Translations under genes and position numbers: made by a program
Shown: one piece after another, positions 46,501 through 56,154 of the stretch
Layout of the letters: each line of letters begins with the position of its first letter
Numbering within the stretch: the first letter of the stretch is position 1
Source of the DNA: a virus
IMG/VR virus record: IMGVR_UViG_3300045256_000753
Span: 1-64,000 of that record
Reading direction: 5' to 3' (one strand)
DNA: 64,000 bases
Notes under the pieces: model-generated
The model's input: only the letters and a program-made list of their open reading frames with translations
The model's database searches: none
Told to the model about the DNA's origin: nothing

Positions 46501-49500
46501 GCCGGATGGCGTTCGACGCCAAGGTGAGCGTCGTCTGGTTGACCGTCTCGTCGAACGTCGCTGCCGTGACGATGTAAAAGTCACGGAAGGACACGAGGCC
46601 ATCGGTAAATTCGACGATCGTGTTCGTCGAATACGCGGACGTGCGGTCCCCTTGAAGGACGATCGCGTTCATGCCCCGCGCGACCGAACCGAACGCTTGA
46701 AGCTCTTGCACGAAGTAGGCAGGAGCGCTCGTGGGGGTCGGGCCAGAGACGATGTAGAGATTCGGGTTGATGTAGTCGTTTTGGAATGTCTGCGTACCGG
46801 ACAGCGTGACCGTCGTCTGGTTCGCACCGGAGTCGTAGCTCGACGAGCCGATCTGGTAGACCTCAACCTGCTCGATACGGAGCAAGAAGTTCGGTTGGAA
46901 GATCGAAGTCTGGTCCCCGGAGATGATGACCGAATTCTGTCCTTGGGTGATGGCGACCTGAGCCGTCAGCATCGGCGGGTTGAGGACCGTGATCGACTTC
47001 TCGCCGCCATTCGCCTCGTAGACGAAGTAGTCGATGAGGACGCGTTCGGTCGGAGCGACAACTGCTCCGTGCGGAAGGGCATCCGTGAGCTGATTGTCCG
47101 GAAGGAACGTGATCGTCGATGCAGCCGTGTTGACAACGACTTGCGAGCTATCTTGCGGACGGCCGCCTCGGTAAACCTTCGGCGCCGGGTTGCTTGCCAC
47201 CGTCTTCCCAGTGGGGTTGAAGGTGAGAACGCTCGTCGGCGACGGGTGGGGCTGCGTCAGTTCCTTGCGAACGAGGAAGGTTCCGGGCTCTCCGACGATC
47301 GGCGGCGCCGGGGGTGTCGGTGGCGACGTGATGGGCGGTGCCTCGACATACGTGAGAAGGATCTCCTCGTTGGCCAACATGCGCTGCGCGAACGTGATGA
47401 ACCCCAGCGCCGGCTGGACCTGGTAATCCGTCCCCAGCGTCAGCTTTCGCACCCAGTAGAAGATGCGCGGCGGAGCAAGGTCGCCCGAGTTGAAGTTGAG
47501 GTTGCCCGTTGCCTGGCTGACTTCGACGTGGCCCGCAGGGAGGATCGACGGATTGGTGAATCCCGTGTCCGTCGAAACGGTCGTGACGACAGAAGAAAAC
47601 GTCGCCCCGCTACCATTTCCGAATCGGATTCGCGACACGCCAATGGCGCTCTTCGGAATGTGCAAGCGCCGGTACACACGGTACGTGCTGGACGACAGAG
47701 TGACGAAGGGTTGACCGGAGTCCACCGTCAGAGCGTGCTGGGCCACGCTGGTCACCGAGCGACTGCTACCGGAGTCCGGTCCGGATGTGATCCGAATGGT
47801 GTCCCCGATCTGCACGCCCGATACAATGAAGTCCGTTGCCCCATCGCTGAGGGTGACGAAATCCGGGTAGGTTGCGGTGCCAGAGGAGACGATAGAAGTC
47901 TCGTTCTGCCCGGTGCCGAGAGCGACGATTCGTTCGACCGACGTGTTCGGATCGATGAGCTGGACCTTTTGGAAGAACCGGTCGGCGAGGATCTCTTTCC
48001 CGCTCAAGATCTCGTACGAGAGAGGCCCGGAGCCAGCGGGGGGCGGAACGTCAGTGTCAACGCTGGTCGCGGCGACCGACGTAATCGTGTAGACGCCCTT
48101 TGCATATCCGGCGAGCCCGACCAAGTAGTCCCCAGCGACAACGCCGTCAGAGATGAAGTTCGCGCCCGTGTCCGTGAAAGTCGTTCCGCTGAATGCGCCG
48201 GTCGATCCGACAGCACGGTTGACGCCCGATGTCGTCGTGAAAAGGACGATGCCGGCAGTGGGATCGAAGAGGCAATCGGTGCCGATCGTGAGGGGCGAGT
48301 AGATCCCAGTGCCCGGCGACGTTTCGAGCGAGAGCTGTACGTTACCCGCGAGTACGAGTGGATCCGAGAGCTGCGCGGCGCCGGCCGGCTTCTGGAGCGG
48401 GATGAGGATGTTGTTCTTGCGCTGCGCGAACTGGAACGTCCCCGAATCGAAGTCGATCGTGTAGCCGAGACCGGCCGGTGGGCTCGTGAGGTCCAAACGC
48501 GGAAGCGTGCCAGTGAAGGTTCCCTGCCCTTGGTTGACCGTAACGATGAGGGTGTTGTCGTCCACTGGAACGGACGGCAAGAAGACTTGAGGCGAGCCAA
48601 TGATCGGGTTGGCCCAAACGGCATCCGTCACCGTGTAGAGCGCCGTGACGTCTTTCACACCCGCCGTCTGCGCATCGAGGTTCACCGGGGATCGGAAGAA
48701 GCGCATTGAGATGCCGTTCTCGATGGCGAGATCGCCGAAGATGACTTGAACTTGCGCGGCGCCGAAACGCGCCTTGTCCGCAAGCGAGAACTGCACTCCT
48801 CCCGTTCCAGGATTCACCTGCACGGTGCCCGCTTGCCCGATAGGATCGAAGCTCGACGTGTAGACGAACTGGGGGAACTGGTAGTACGGGTTGGCATTCG
48901 GCAAAGCGAAAATGAGGTCTCCGCCAGCAGGAGGAACGCTGCCGATCACACCCGGTGCCGTGATGGTGTTGAGCGCCTGCCTTGGAAGGAGGAGATCACG
49001 AGCAAGGAGCGTCCCGTCGAAGTAGACACCAAGTCCAGGGTTGGCGATGATATCGGCGTTGCTGAAATTCAGCTTGCCAGTCGTGCGCGCCCACTGGACG
49101 GTGCCGGCCGGAGGGCTGCCAAAGCTACCCTCGTTCGGAACCTCGACGGTGAGAAGCCACCTGTGAGATCCGATCCGGATGAGCGGGTACTGGGTTGTCG
49201 CCGGGAGCGGGTTGAGCAGGATCGTCTGGTCGCCGATCGTTCCGATGCGGCCCGTCGATTTGCTGAACGGGAAATATTGCTGCTGTTGCCAGCGAACCGT
49301 TTGACCGTTGTAGGTCGTGAGGTCGGCCGGGTTCCAATTGAGGTGGCCGGTCGAGAGCGAAAGCTCCGTCGTGCCGGCCGGAGGACTGCCGAAGTCTCCG
49401 TCCGTGAGGACAAGAGCAACCGTCTGCGTCGTGCCGCTGCCCACGCTTCCGATCGACAGACGGTAGGGTGCGGTTGCGAGAAGCTGGAGGGGCGGTGTGA

Positions 49501-49852
49501 CGGTGAGGCGCTGTGAGTTCGAGTTCGGGCCTAGGGTGCCCGCGACCGTGATCTGCCCACCGGGCAACGTGCGGAAGCGGCCATTCTTCGACTCGTAGTC
49601 GAAACGTTGAACGATTTCGTTCTTGGTCCATCCGAACTTGGCGTGGGCGATCAGGCCGTCCACGTTCGGAAGATCGCCCTCCGAGGTGACGATGACGAGA
49701 TAGTCGTCCCGGGGGTTGGCTTCACTCGATGGATAGGCAGCGTTGAACGCGCCCGAGTTCGAGATGAAGTTGTTGGGCGTGCTTGTGAACGGCGAGTTGG
49801 ACTGCCCTACGCGGGGCGGTTCAAGCACATACCCTGTGATCGAGAAGCCCAT
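43577..49852 (-). CDS. Giant virion structural protein, 2091 aa
   Basis: Beta-rich, T/G/S-rich; repeated DYxI/VDxxxGxIxF units and at least four TxTDxxxNFxxxGVxxGD modules. Confidence 0.8.
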   Translation of the reverse strand: MGFSITGYVLEPPRVGQSNSPFTSTPNNFISNSGAFNAAYPSSEANPRDDYLVIVTSEGDLPNVDGLIAHAKFGWTKNEIVQRFDYESKNGRFRTLPGGQITVAGTLGPNSNSQRLTVTPPLQLLATAPYRLSIGSVGSGTTQTVALVLTDGDFGSPPAGTTELSLSTGHLNWNPADLTTYNGQTVRWQQQQYFPFSKSTGRIGTIGDQTILLNPLPATTQYPLIRIGSHRWLLTVEVPNEGSFGSPPAGTVQWARTTGKLNFSNADIIANPGLGVYFDGTLLARDLLLPRQALNTITAPGVIGSVPPAGGDLIFALPNANPYYQFPQFVYTSSFDPIGQAGTVQVNPGTGGVQFSLADKARFGAAQVQVIFGDLAIENGISMRFFRSPVNLDAQTAGVKDVTALYTVTDAVWANPIIGSPQVFLPSVPVDDNTLIVTVNQGQGTFTGTLPRLDLTSPPAGLGYTIDFDSGTFQFAQRKNNILIPLQKPAGAAQLSDPLVLAGNVQLSLETSPGTGIYSPLTIGTDCLFDPTAGIVLFTTTSGVNRAVGSTGAFSGTTFTDTGANFISDGVVAGDYLVGLAGYAKGVYTITSVAATSVDTDVPPPAGSGPLSYEILSGKEILADRFFQKVQLIDPNTSVERIVALGTGQNETSIVSSGTATYPDFVTLSDGATDFIVSGVQIGDTIRITSGPDSGSSRSVTSVAQHALTVDSGQPFVTLSSSTYRVYRRLHIPKSAIGVSRIRFGNGSGATFSSVVTTVSTDTGFTNPSILPAGHVEVSQATGNLNFNSGDLAPPRIFYWVRKLTLGTDYQVQPALGFITFAQRMLANEEILLTYVEAPPITSPPTPPAPPIVGEPGTFLVRKELTQPHPSPTSVLTFNPTGKTVASNPAPKVYRGGRPQDSSQVVVNTAASTITFLPDNQLTDALPHGAVVAPTERVLIDYFVYEANGGEKSITVLNPPMLTAQVAITQGQNSVIISGDQTSIFQPNFLLRIEQVEVYQIGSSSYDSGANQTTVTLSGTQTFQNDYINPNLYIVSGPTPTSAPAYFVQELQAFGSVARGMNAIVLQGDRTSAYSTNTIVEFTDGLVSFRDFYIVTAATFDETVNQTTLTLASNAIRQYVFGQQFLSYSIRPIFEKAPTVVHTRGVPVTTQPITVFRRIAGQVGKLLTSPTDYTIDDSGTIVYASPLLPNEEFSIFDTEHRTVSAGLNLKASYTCTIAPNQLNGLLGQVLNADYTVFSPDNFYYRVETMTNFKGEVQQTIQAAAQAGSPSSGPMTSNSSSPQLFNQGRDSVYFQEGHLANVDIIARTCLKFFNDAVNDLEDVLHAIDGRVVGDSDGRFLFDGNINNPVRTSVSQVTNQIDDLLVASPFPIPGGFVQQIYLPGPHSRFFKNRRNIFTPSPAQVGGSPHDGDIIAKFNYTSLFSLPPSIFKRWPRAQIQFDYPYGTTVFTVDNANGTSDALQRPAFITQMRVVIEDPQGRFYITDADTATVLGVTPTTITISLGAHSPTPGPDPGFVPAGSTIYVSPSDANSMLKDGNAPPPTPSSNGAYMMIYPIGKDVDANLSTGELLYITRKFPFDGIISSLPPPANIIPKSADIYPIQNGDVLQANGAGVNVNYTAPFKFSALFGGTLNDDGDQSVPIVGPTFDGELTPSGGGPLNVEAQAETPITGTLRTNTTAPFLGTGNLDVTKTIITLTAGNFPSPVPKVHDLVRILSGTNGATSWRRITAVTPNSVTVGLADAFASVDTNFQFTVAVSGTAITGTATLAGTTLTDLLANFLGNGTEVGYTVVMTGGPNIGLRRQIVAITSATTLTLDSAFPNPAGGTYRIDNPLDTYSGPIYTGVQTAVATEIATISTNPKSEQTSIFNFFTTVFTTVLSSAAGSVPSPGSSLLNDGTVNFLTSGVTTSHFVYIPTGTNAGIYGIGNVTAHQITIATTFPLAGAVTYQIVKAFGVSLATLQAIFGILGQNATFLTQTQAFQPVLNTQVPVLLSGVPDPAEFAIGLQTADLDTRSAQVQARLTYLADPGVGPRAILQSALASSERLYDKRFTWIDARINLQSGYLVLQQTAAANRVKQQQDVFNQLIKLLTVEGS

Positions 49853-49864
49853 TCGATTCCTTCT

Positions 49865-50437
49865 TCATACGATCTTGCCAACGCCCACCCCGGTTCCCCC
49901 GACCGGCGTCGGCGCCCCCATAATGGCGACCGGAATAGCAAAATCCTTGAACACATGATCCAAAGCCATGCCGATTGCTGTCGCCTTCTTGACCGTTCCC
50001 TGACCTTTCAAATCCACGCTCTCGAAGCCCTGAATCATCAAAGGTACCGCAGAGCCTGCCCCGACGATTCGCGCTACACCGGCTCCCGCCCCGACTCCGG
50101 CGTGTGTCGTCACAAGGATGGCCTGGGCAAAGCCGGCCGAAAGGCCCGCAGCGATGCCTGCGGCCAACAGAGGAGCCATGGGCCCCAAAATCTGCTGGGA
50201 CTGCATGCCGAGCAGAAGGCTGGCCAGGAGGAGGGGCGGCGGGACAATCAGCGGAGTGACACCGGCCCCAACGCCGAGTGTGCCGGTGTCGATCGTAACG
50301 ACCGTGGCGGACCCGGCGAACAAGACCGTACCAGTCGCGATTCCGAGCGCGAGCTTCGGCATACCGGCGCCGATTTGGCCCGTGCCCGCCATCGCAGGAA
50401 CGAGAGTCCCAGTGAGACCCACCGGAGTGAGCGGCAT
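49865..50437 (-). CDS. Gly/Ala-rich hydrophobic protein downstream of the spike
   Basis: Start ATG 50437 (MPLTPVGL) via TGATG coupling; internal two-fold repeat (GTLGVGAG, AGVGAGAG, GTGVGVG). Confidence 0.75.
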   Translation of the reverse strand: MPLTPVGLTGTLVPAMAGTGQIGAGMPKLALGIATGTVLFAGSATVVTIDTGTLGVGAGVTPLIVPPPLLLASLLLGMQSQQILGPMAPLLAAGIAAGLSAGFAQAILVTTHAGVGAGAGVARIVGAGSAVPLMIQGFESVDLKGQGTVKKATAIGMALDHVFKDFAIPVAIMGAPTPVGGTGVGVGKIV

Positions 50438-52605
50438 CAGAACGACCTCGAAACCGCACACCCTTGAAGTGGGAGACCCGTGATCCAATCGAGGGATGGC
50501 GTGCCGGGAGGCATCATGGGCAGACCACGAGCGATACCGAAGACCGCTGCGGGACCCCCAAGAAGGACTTGAGGAGCAATCAAGGACACGGCAACACCCG
50601 CGACCATGGTTGCAGCCAAGCCCGCTGTCAGCGTGATGGCCCCGCCGGCGATCGTGGAGTACGCGCCACCGGCGAGCTGGGAGAGCGCTCCGCCTACGGT
50701 GAATGAAGCGGAAGCGCCAGCGACGAGGGAGTACGCCGCACCAACGTTGTCACTCATGGCACCCGCGCCGGCTGTCGTGACGATTGCGCCCGCCGCCACC
50801 GTTTGGATCAAACCGCCTGCCAGGATGGTCGAGACCTTGCCGCCAGCGCTGATATTCTCCAGCACCTGGAGAGCGTATTGGTACTGGCTCTTTCCTGCGA
50901 TCGTGCTGCTCAAATCGGACGCGTTCACGGAGTAGCCGTTGTTCGCGTTGATGTTCATGCGGTCCGTGTGGATGTTGTAGCCACCGTTGACCGTCGTCAC
51001 TTTGGCGCCGCCGACGTTCTGGATGTTGTCTCCAGAGCAGAAGGTTTGCCTCACGCCCTGAATGTCTTCGGACAGGGCTACGTCGTTCGTGTCGGGCACG
51101 CCCTGGTAGCTCGCTTGAACCGACGAGTGATACCGAACGTCGATGGCCTTGCCTTCCGAGCTAGACCCGATGTCGAGCACGACGCCACCAACGCAGGTGA
51201 GATTGATCGAGACGTTGCTGGGGCTTGCCGCACCGATGTACGCCTTGAGCGCGCCGGACAACATGGCCTCGACCGAGACGTTCTTCGTTCCGGACGGGTA
51301 CCTTTCGAAGGACGAGCCCGGGATGTTCAGAAAGAGCTTCCCCTGCTTCGACACGGCTGCGGCGAAATAGTTGTCGGTCGTGCTGCGCGGGGGATGGATT
51401 GCGAGGAGCGCGGCGCCAGCGGTCGTGAACACTTCCAGGTCATCGAGCGGAGAGCGCGGAACCTCGTCCATCGAAAAGGTGCCGGCTGCTTGGCTGGTGA
51501 AATCGTCGAAGAGCTTGGGCTTCGTGACACGGGAATAGGTGCGCTGCCCGAGCGAGGTAGAGAGGTCGTTGCCGACCGTCGTTCCAAGGACGTGCTCGAT
51601 GTATGGACGCTTGCGGTCGATTTGGAAACCATCGATCTCGTCGAGCACCTGTTGTGTGAGGTCCGACGTATGATTGATCTGCATGCGGTATTCGACGAAA
51701 GGCTCCGCGCCGGCTCCGTTGTTCGGATCCTCGAAGTTCACCGCAGGGAATGTTGAGGGATAGAAGACGCGGCGACCGTTCGAGTAGGTCGTAGGCGGGA
51801 ATTCGTTCGTGTCGTTGAATGCATCCAGCAACTTGCCGGTTGCGTCAGCGAGCTTGTTCGAGCTTCCAGCAAATCCAGGTCCGGCGCTCTGATAGACCGA
51901 ACGACCAAAGTACCGCTCACTGCCAGCGTCCTTGAGCGTCTTGCCATCTGCGTGAAGGATGTCCGGATACGTGAAGTAACCGCCTCGACGAATCGGGCCG
52001 GAGATGCGGGTGACGCCGCTCTCGTTCTCCACACGATGGATCGACTGAGCAACAAGGGTCCGATCCGTGTCCCTCAACTCGATGAGGTCTCCGGCACGGT
52101 TGGCCATTCGCACGTCTTTGGTCAGCGCGAACTCGGCACCAGCGGCAGACATGCCTCCGACGTCGCCGGGGCGGAGCTTCAGGCGTTTGACGCGGTAGCT
52201 CGGGCCAAGAATCTGGCGGACGTTGGTTGCGTCCGTGGGATCGATTCCACCGGGATCGGTCGGGGCAAACGGATCGAACCGATTGCCAAGACGCTGCCCT
52301 GTCGGGATGTACCCGAGAATCATCGCCTCGAAGAGCTGTTTGTGCCGGCGTCGGTACCCCAGGATGACGATCGAGTTGACCTCGGGGATGCCTCCGAAGA
52401 AGCTTCGCGGGCCGCACATGGCTTGTGTGAGATCGATCTCGAAACGATCTCCGCCGCCCGTGAGGACCCTCACGTCGGCTTTCATCGTCACCTCATCCAC
52501 GCGCGTGATGAGGCCGAGCTTCAGGCCAAACGGATCGCCCGTGCTAACGAATTCCTTCCCGGGCGTGTGCCCGAGAGGGTGCTTCGGAATGTGTTCATTG
52601 GGCAT
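50437..52605 (-). CDS. Central spike protein (gp5/gpV/VgrG-like)
   Basis: OB-fold start LGLITRVD...GIPEVNSIVILGY; C-terminal 8-residue beta-helix repeats (VAAGAIVT, VGAAYSLV, AGGAYSTI). Confidence 0.82.
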   Translation of the reverse strand: MPNEHIPKHPLGHTPGKEFVSTGDPFGLKLGLITRVDEVTMKADVRVLTGGGDRFEIDLTQAMCGPRSFFGGIPEVNSIVILGYRRRHKQLFEAMILGYIPTGQRLGNRFDPFAPTDPGGIDPTDATNVRQILGPSYRVKRLKLRPGDVGGMSAAGAEFALTKDVRMANRAGDLIELRDTDRTLVAQSIHRVENESGVTRISGPIRRGGYFTYPDILHADGKTLKDAGSERYFGRSVYQSAGPGFAGSSNKLADATGKLLDAFNDTNEFPPTTYSNGRRVFYPSTFPAVNFEDPNNGAGAEPFVEYRMQINHTSDLTQQVLDEIDGFQIDRKRPYIEHVLGTTVGNDLSTSLGQRTYSRVTKPKLFDDFTSQAAGTFSMDEVPRSPLDDLEVFTTAGAALLAIHPPRSTTDNYFAAAVSKQGKLFLNIPGSSFERYPSGTKNVSVEAMLSGALKAYIGAASPSNVSINLTCVGGVVLDIGSSSEGKAIDVRYHSSVQASYQGVPDTNDVALSEDIQGVRQTFCSGDNIQNVGGAKVTTVNGGYNIHTDRMNINANNGYSVNASDLSSTIAGKSQYQYALQVLENISAGGKVSTILAGGLIQTVAAGAIVTTAGAGAMSDNVGAAYSLVAGASASFTVGGALSQLAGGAYSTIAGGAITLTAGLAATMVAGVAVSLIAPQVLLGGPAAVFGIARGLPMMPPGTPSLDWITGLPLQGCAVSRSF

Positions 52606-52608
52606 GGG

Positions 52609-55600
52609 TCACTTTGGCAGCGTGGCGAGTTTGGCTTGGTTGTTCGCGACGTTTTGTTTGAGCTGGCCGATCTGTTGCTGCAAAGAAGAAATCTGACCGG
52701 CCGGGTCCCCGCTCGTCGAGGTGCCCGAGGAAAGTTGCTTCTGCAACGTTTGAACTTGCCCTTCCAGGCGGGTGATTTGCGTGATGTCCGCGCTGATTTG
52801 GTTCGAAAGTGTGGCCTTGTCCGATGCGGCCTTCAATTGGTCGCCGAACTTCGTCCACTGACGTTGCAGGTCGTTTTCGGCGCTGTTCACGGCACCGGCG
52901 ATGGCGTTGGGATCCCCAAGCGCCGCGCGGTTGTTCGGCGCGAACGGCGGAGCGAATGCGGGCGGATTGTTGGGGGTGAACGAATCTGGGCTGTTCGAGA
53001 GCTTTCCTCCTGGCAGATAGTCGCCACGGATCGCTCCTTCGAACTGCTGGTGCGGACCGTCAAGTGCCTTGTAGAGACGTGCCAAGAATTGTTCGACGCG
53101 GGAGATGACCTCTTCACGCGACGGCGCGAGAGTGTGATGCTGGGTCTGCACCTGTTGGAGCTGCCCTTGAAGGTCCGCGAGCTGGCGCTGGTCTTCTTCG
53201 AGGTGGACTTGAAGATCGTTCACGTACTGAATCGCGCGTCGCACGTTCACGTCGTCCGGCCCCTGCGGTTTCAGCGCTTGTAGATCCGCTTGCGCTTGGG
53301 TGATGAATCCTTGCGTGTTGGCGATATCCGTTTGGAGCTGGGCGATCTGGTTCTCCAAGTCCGCCGTCTGGAAGCTTCCCCCGACCGGCTGACCAAGAAG
53401 GACCGCCGCTGCCGTCGTCCTGTCTCCCCCGATCGCAGCGGTTTGCTGTGCTGACGCAAACGCGGGCGACTGATTGAACAGGCTGGTGCTGTCTTGGGTA
53501 GCCTGATTGAGCGTGCGCACCTGGTAGCCAACGTTGATGAAGGCGAGGTCCGAACGGCCGAGGAGGCAGGGGCACTTGTCGTCGGGATCTTGCTCTTGCT
53601 GACGAATCGACATCTCGGCCAACGTCAAGGCACTCGACAATTGCGACGCTTCGACGCTCGCAATTGCCCCCTCTTGTTCGGGGGAACCGAGAGGTGCGGC
53701 ATCCACGAAGTTGTCACCGACGTCGGTGAACTGACCGGGCGTCCCATCCGGATTGATGACGGCCGACGTCTGGAGATCCTCCGGAGCGAGGCGCGCCACG
53801 GCATCGGCCGGATTCGAGTAGGCGCTTGCGATAGCCGTGAGGCCTTGCGATTGGGCGTTGAGGGTTTCGAACAGACCGCCGCCCAAGGCAAGCTGCATGT
53901 CGATGTTGGCGGGAGAGTTGACGTTGCCCGTGAGCACGAGACGCCCATCCCTGAGTGACACGCGCCGGCCATAGCGGAAGTGCCCCACGACTTCGAAGCC
54001 TCGCTCGTCCGAGACAGGGCGGATCATGCTCGTCTTGCCGCGAAGAAGCTTGTCGTCCGAGGACGACGGCGTGACGTTCACGTTGCTCGATGGGAGGAGG
54101 ACAATCTCGCCAATGACGCCCTTGCCCTCGTCGGACGAGTCATGCGCGTAGACGTAAACGCCGGCAGAGTTGAGACCATACTGGTAACGGTTCGTCGTGT
54201 ACTTCTCTTTGATGCGATCGAAGTCCAGGTCTCGCGTCGCCTTGTCGAGGGTCGCAAGCTCTTGCTGCGCGACGTTTTGGAGTTTTTGCTCGTTTTGCTG
54301 CGAGACGTTCGAGTTGGTCCCAGGTGCCTTTTGGCCCTTCAACGTGTCGAGGTCGGTGTTCGCGGGCGCAAACGGGCGCGTGTACACCATGACAACGTTT
54401 GGGTATCCAACGATGCGGCCAGTCTTCGGGTGGCGAAGAATGACCGGCTCGTAGGGGTTGTCGGTGCCAGCGGCGACAGCAGTGGAGGCGGCCGGCAACG
54501 TCGCAGCGTTGTTCAACTTGAGATCGAACACTCCACGTGCAGACAGCTCACGCGACGTGTACTTGAACGACAGGTTCGCTTTGGCCCGGACGGACTGAGC
54601 GGAAGGCTGCGGTCCGGTAACTGTTTTGAGATTGATCGACGCGATGCCGCGAGGAGCCTTGAACTTCTCCCTGAGCGCCGTGAGCGTCAAGCTCGTTGTC
54701 GCACGACCGCCAAACGCGATGTTGTGCGAGATTCCTTGGACGTACCAGATCTGATCCTTAGGAGCGAGGTAGATCGGGAACCCGAGACGCATTTCCGAGC
54801 GCATCGGGATGGTCACCGTGGCCCTGTGCCGACGCGAATTGATGCGGTCGAGCAGGTCGAGCCCATGGTAGAACATGAGCTGCTCGTTTCCGAGGAACTC
54901 GCTGTTGTAGCTTTGCGGGCGCCAGCCGTACTTGCGAAGGAGGTGGTAATCCGTGACGGACGTGAAGGGCGTTAGTTCTTCGGAGAAACCGTAGTCCACG
55001 TTGCCGTAGAGCGCGCCCTGCATCGTGAGCTGCGTCACAACTTCGGCTTCCGACTCCGATAGACCCCAGTCGATGATGTCGATGTCTTGAATCCACGACA
55101 CCGGCTTGTTCGCGAGGATGTCGAGGTTGTAAAAGGGCGGTTTGAAAACGATGTCGCCCGAGGGATCCATGAAGAACTCGAACCCGGCCGCTTCTTTGGC
55201 CGCGTGCGCGAGTTCGAGCTTCGTCTGGTATTCGCTCTGCCAGAAGTTGATTTGCCCGGCCTGAGTGAACTGAGTGCGGAAGGCCGTGACGCTCGGATCG
55301 GTCGGATCGAACACCATCTGGCCGGCGTCGGGACCGCCGTTTGCGTTTCGGACCGCCGAGGATGCGTAAGGTCTTCCGGGTGTCCCCTTCGATTTGCGCG
55401 AGTAGAACTGGTAGAGCGAGTCGCCACGAACCGCGACGCCGTTGATGCCGTAGAGCATCAAATTCGAGCGGATCTTCTGGAACCTCTGCTCCCAGTAGAG
55501 CATGAGATCCGAGAGCGCCGCATCGAAGGTGGGCCTTTGCTGTTGCTCCTTGTAGAGCGACACAAGCGACCCCGTTCCGATCACGACGTCTCCGTACGAC

Positions 55601-56154
55601 TGGAGAGCAAGCGACCAAATGACGTCGTACGGATTCATGCCGTAGAAGACGTTGCCGAAGATGCTCCTGCCTTGCTGACCACTCGGCGCCGTGTACGCCG
55701 GGTTGATGTTCATGCGGCAGAGTTCCCACCACTTTAGGATGTCGGCGCAGTTGATGCTGACCGTGTGCTCGCCGCCCGAGTAGTTGTCCGTGACCTCGGT
55801 TACGAGTCCCCAAAAGATGGGGTAGTATTGCGGCACGCCCTCGACCAAGTAGTACCCCTTGGCGAAGATCTCGATCTCCATCATCGGCGTGATGACCGGC
55901 CGACCGTCGAAGAAGAAATCATCCACCGTATGCCTGGGGATGGAGAGCGAAACCGAGGCGCTTCCGGGCACGCTGTCGATGTTGAGATCGACCTGAATGC
56001 TCGTGATGTACTTGTTGAGATCGAACGTGCGGTTGCACGAGGGGCAGCCGGTCACGTCCATCTCGCCGTTGATGTAGACAATCGCATCCGGCGCGGTGAC
56101 CACCGTGGGGCGAACGTTCGGCTGATAGGTTCCTTGGAACGGACTACGTGCCAT
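52609..56154 (-). CDS. Baseplate hub protein (gp27/gpD-like) with long coiled-coil C-terminal extension
   Basis: FEFFMDPSGDIVFKPP, KYGWR and EMRLGFPI...YVQGISHN hub-type motifs; directly upstream of the spike. Confidence 0.78.
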   Translation of the reverse strand: MARSPFQGTYQPNVRPTVVTAPDAIVYINGEMDVTGCPSCNRTFDLNKYITSIQVDLNIDSVPGSASVSLSIPRHTVDDFFFDGRPVITPMMEIEIFAKGYYLVEGVPQYYPIFWGLVTEVTDNYSGGEHTVSINCADILKWWELCRMNINPAYTAPSGQQGRSIFGNVFYGMNPYDVIWSLALQSYGDVVIGTGSLVSLYKEQQQRPTFDAALSDLMLYWEQRFQKIRSNLMLYGINGVAVRGDSLYQFYSRKSKGTPGRPYASSAVRNANGGPDAGQMVFDPTDPSVTAFRTQFTQAGQINFWQSEYQTKLELAHAAKEAAGFEFFMDPSGDIVFKPPFYNLDILANKPVSWIQDIDIIDWGLSESEAEVVTQLTMQGALYGNVDYGFSEELTPFTSVTDYHLLRKYGWRPQSYNSEFLGNEQLMFYHGLDLLDRINSRRHRATVTIPMRSEMRLGFPIYLAPKDQIWYVQGISHNIAFGGRATTSLTLTALREKFKAPRGIASINLKTVTGPQPSAQSVRAKANLSFKYTSRELSARGVFDLKLNNAATLPAASTAVAAGTDNPYEPVILRHPKTGRIVGYPNVVMVYTRPFAPANTDLDTLKGQKAPGTNSNVSQQNEQKLQNVAQQELATLDKATRDLDFDRIKEKYTTNRYQYGLNSAGVYVYAHDSSDEGKGVIGEIVLLPSSNVNVTPSSSDDKLLRGKTSMIRPVSDERGFEVVGHFRYGRRVSLRDGRLVLTGNVNSPANIDMQLALGGGLFETLNAQSQGLTAIASAYSNPADAVARLAPEDLQTSAVINPDGTPGQFTDVGDNFVDAAPLGSPEQEGAIASVEASQLSSALTLAEMSIRQQEQDPDDKCPCLLGRSDLAFINVGYQVRTLNQATQDSTSLFNQSPAFASAQQTAAIGGDRTTAAAVLLGQPVGGSFQTADLENQIAQLQTDIANTQGFITQAQADLQALKPQGPDDVNVRRAIQYVNDLQVHLEEDQRQLADLQGQLQQVQTQHHTLAPSREEVISRVEQFLARLYKALDGPHQQFEGAIRGDYLPGGKLSNSPDSFTPNNPPAFAPPFAPNNRAALGDPNAIAGAVNSAENDLQRQWTKFGDQLKAASDKATLSNQISADITQITRLEGQVQTLQKQLSSGTSTSGDPAGQISSLQQQIGQLKQNVANNQAKLATLPK

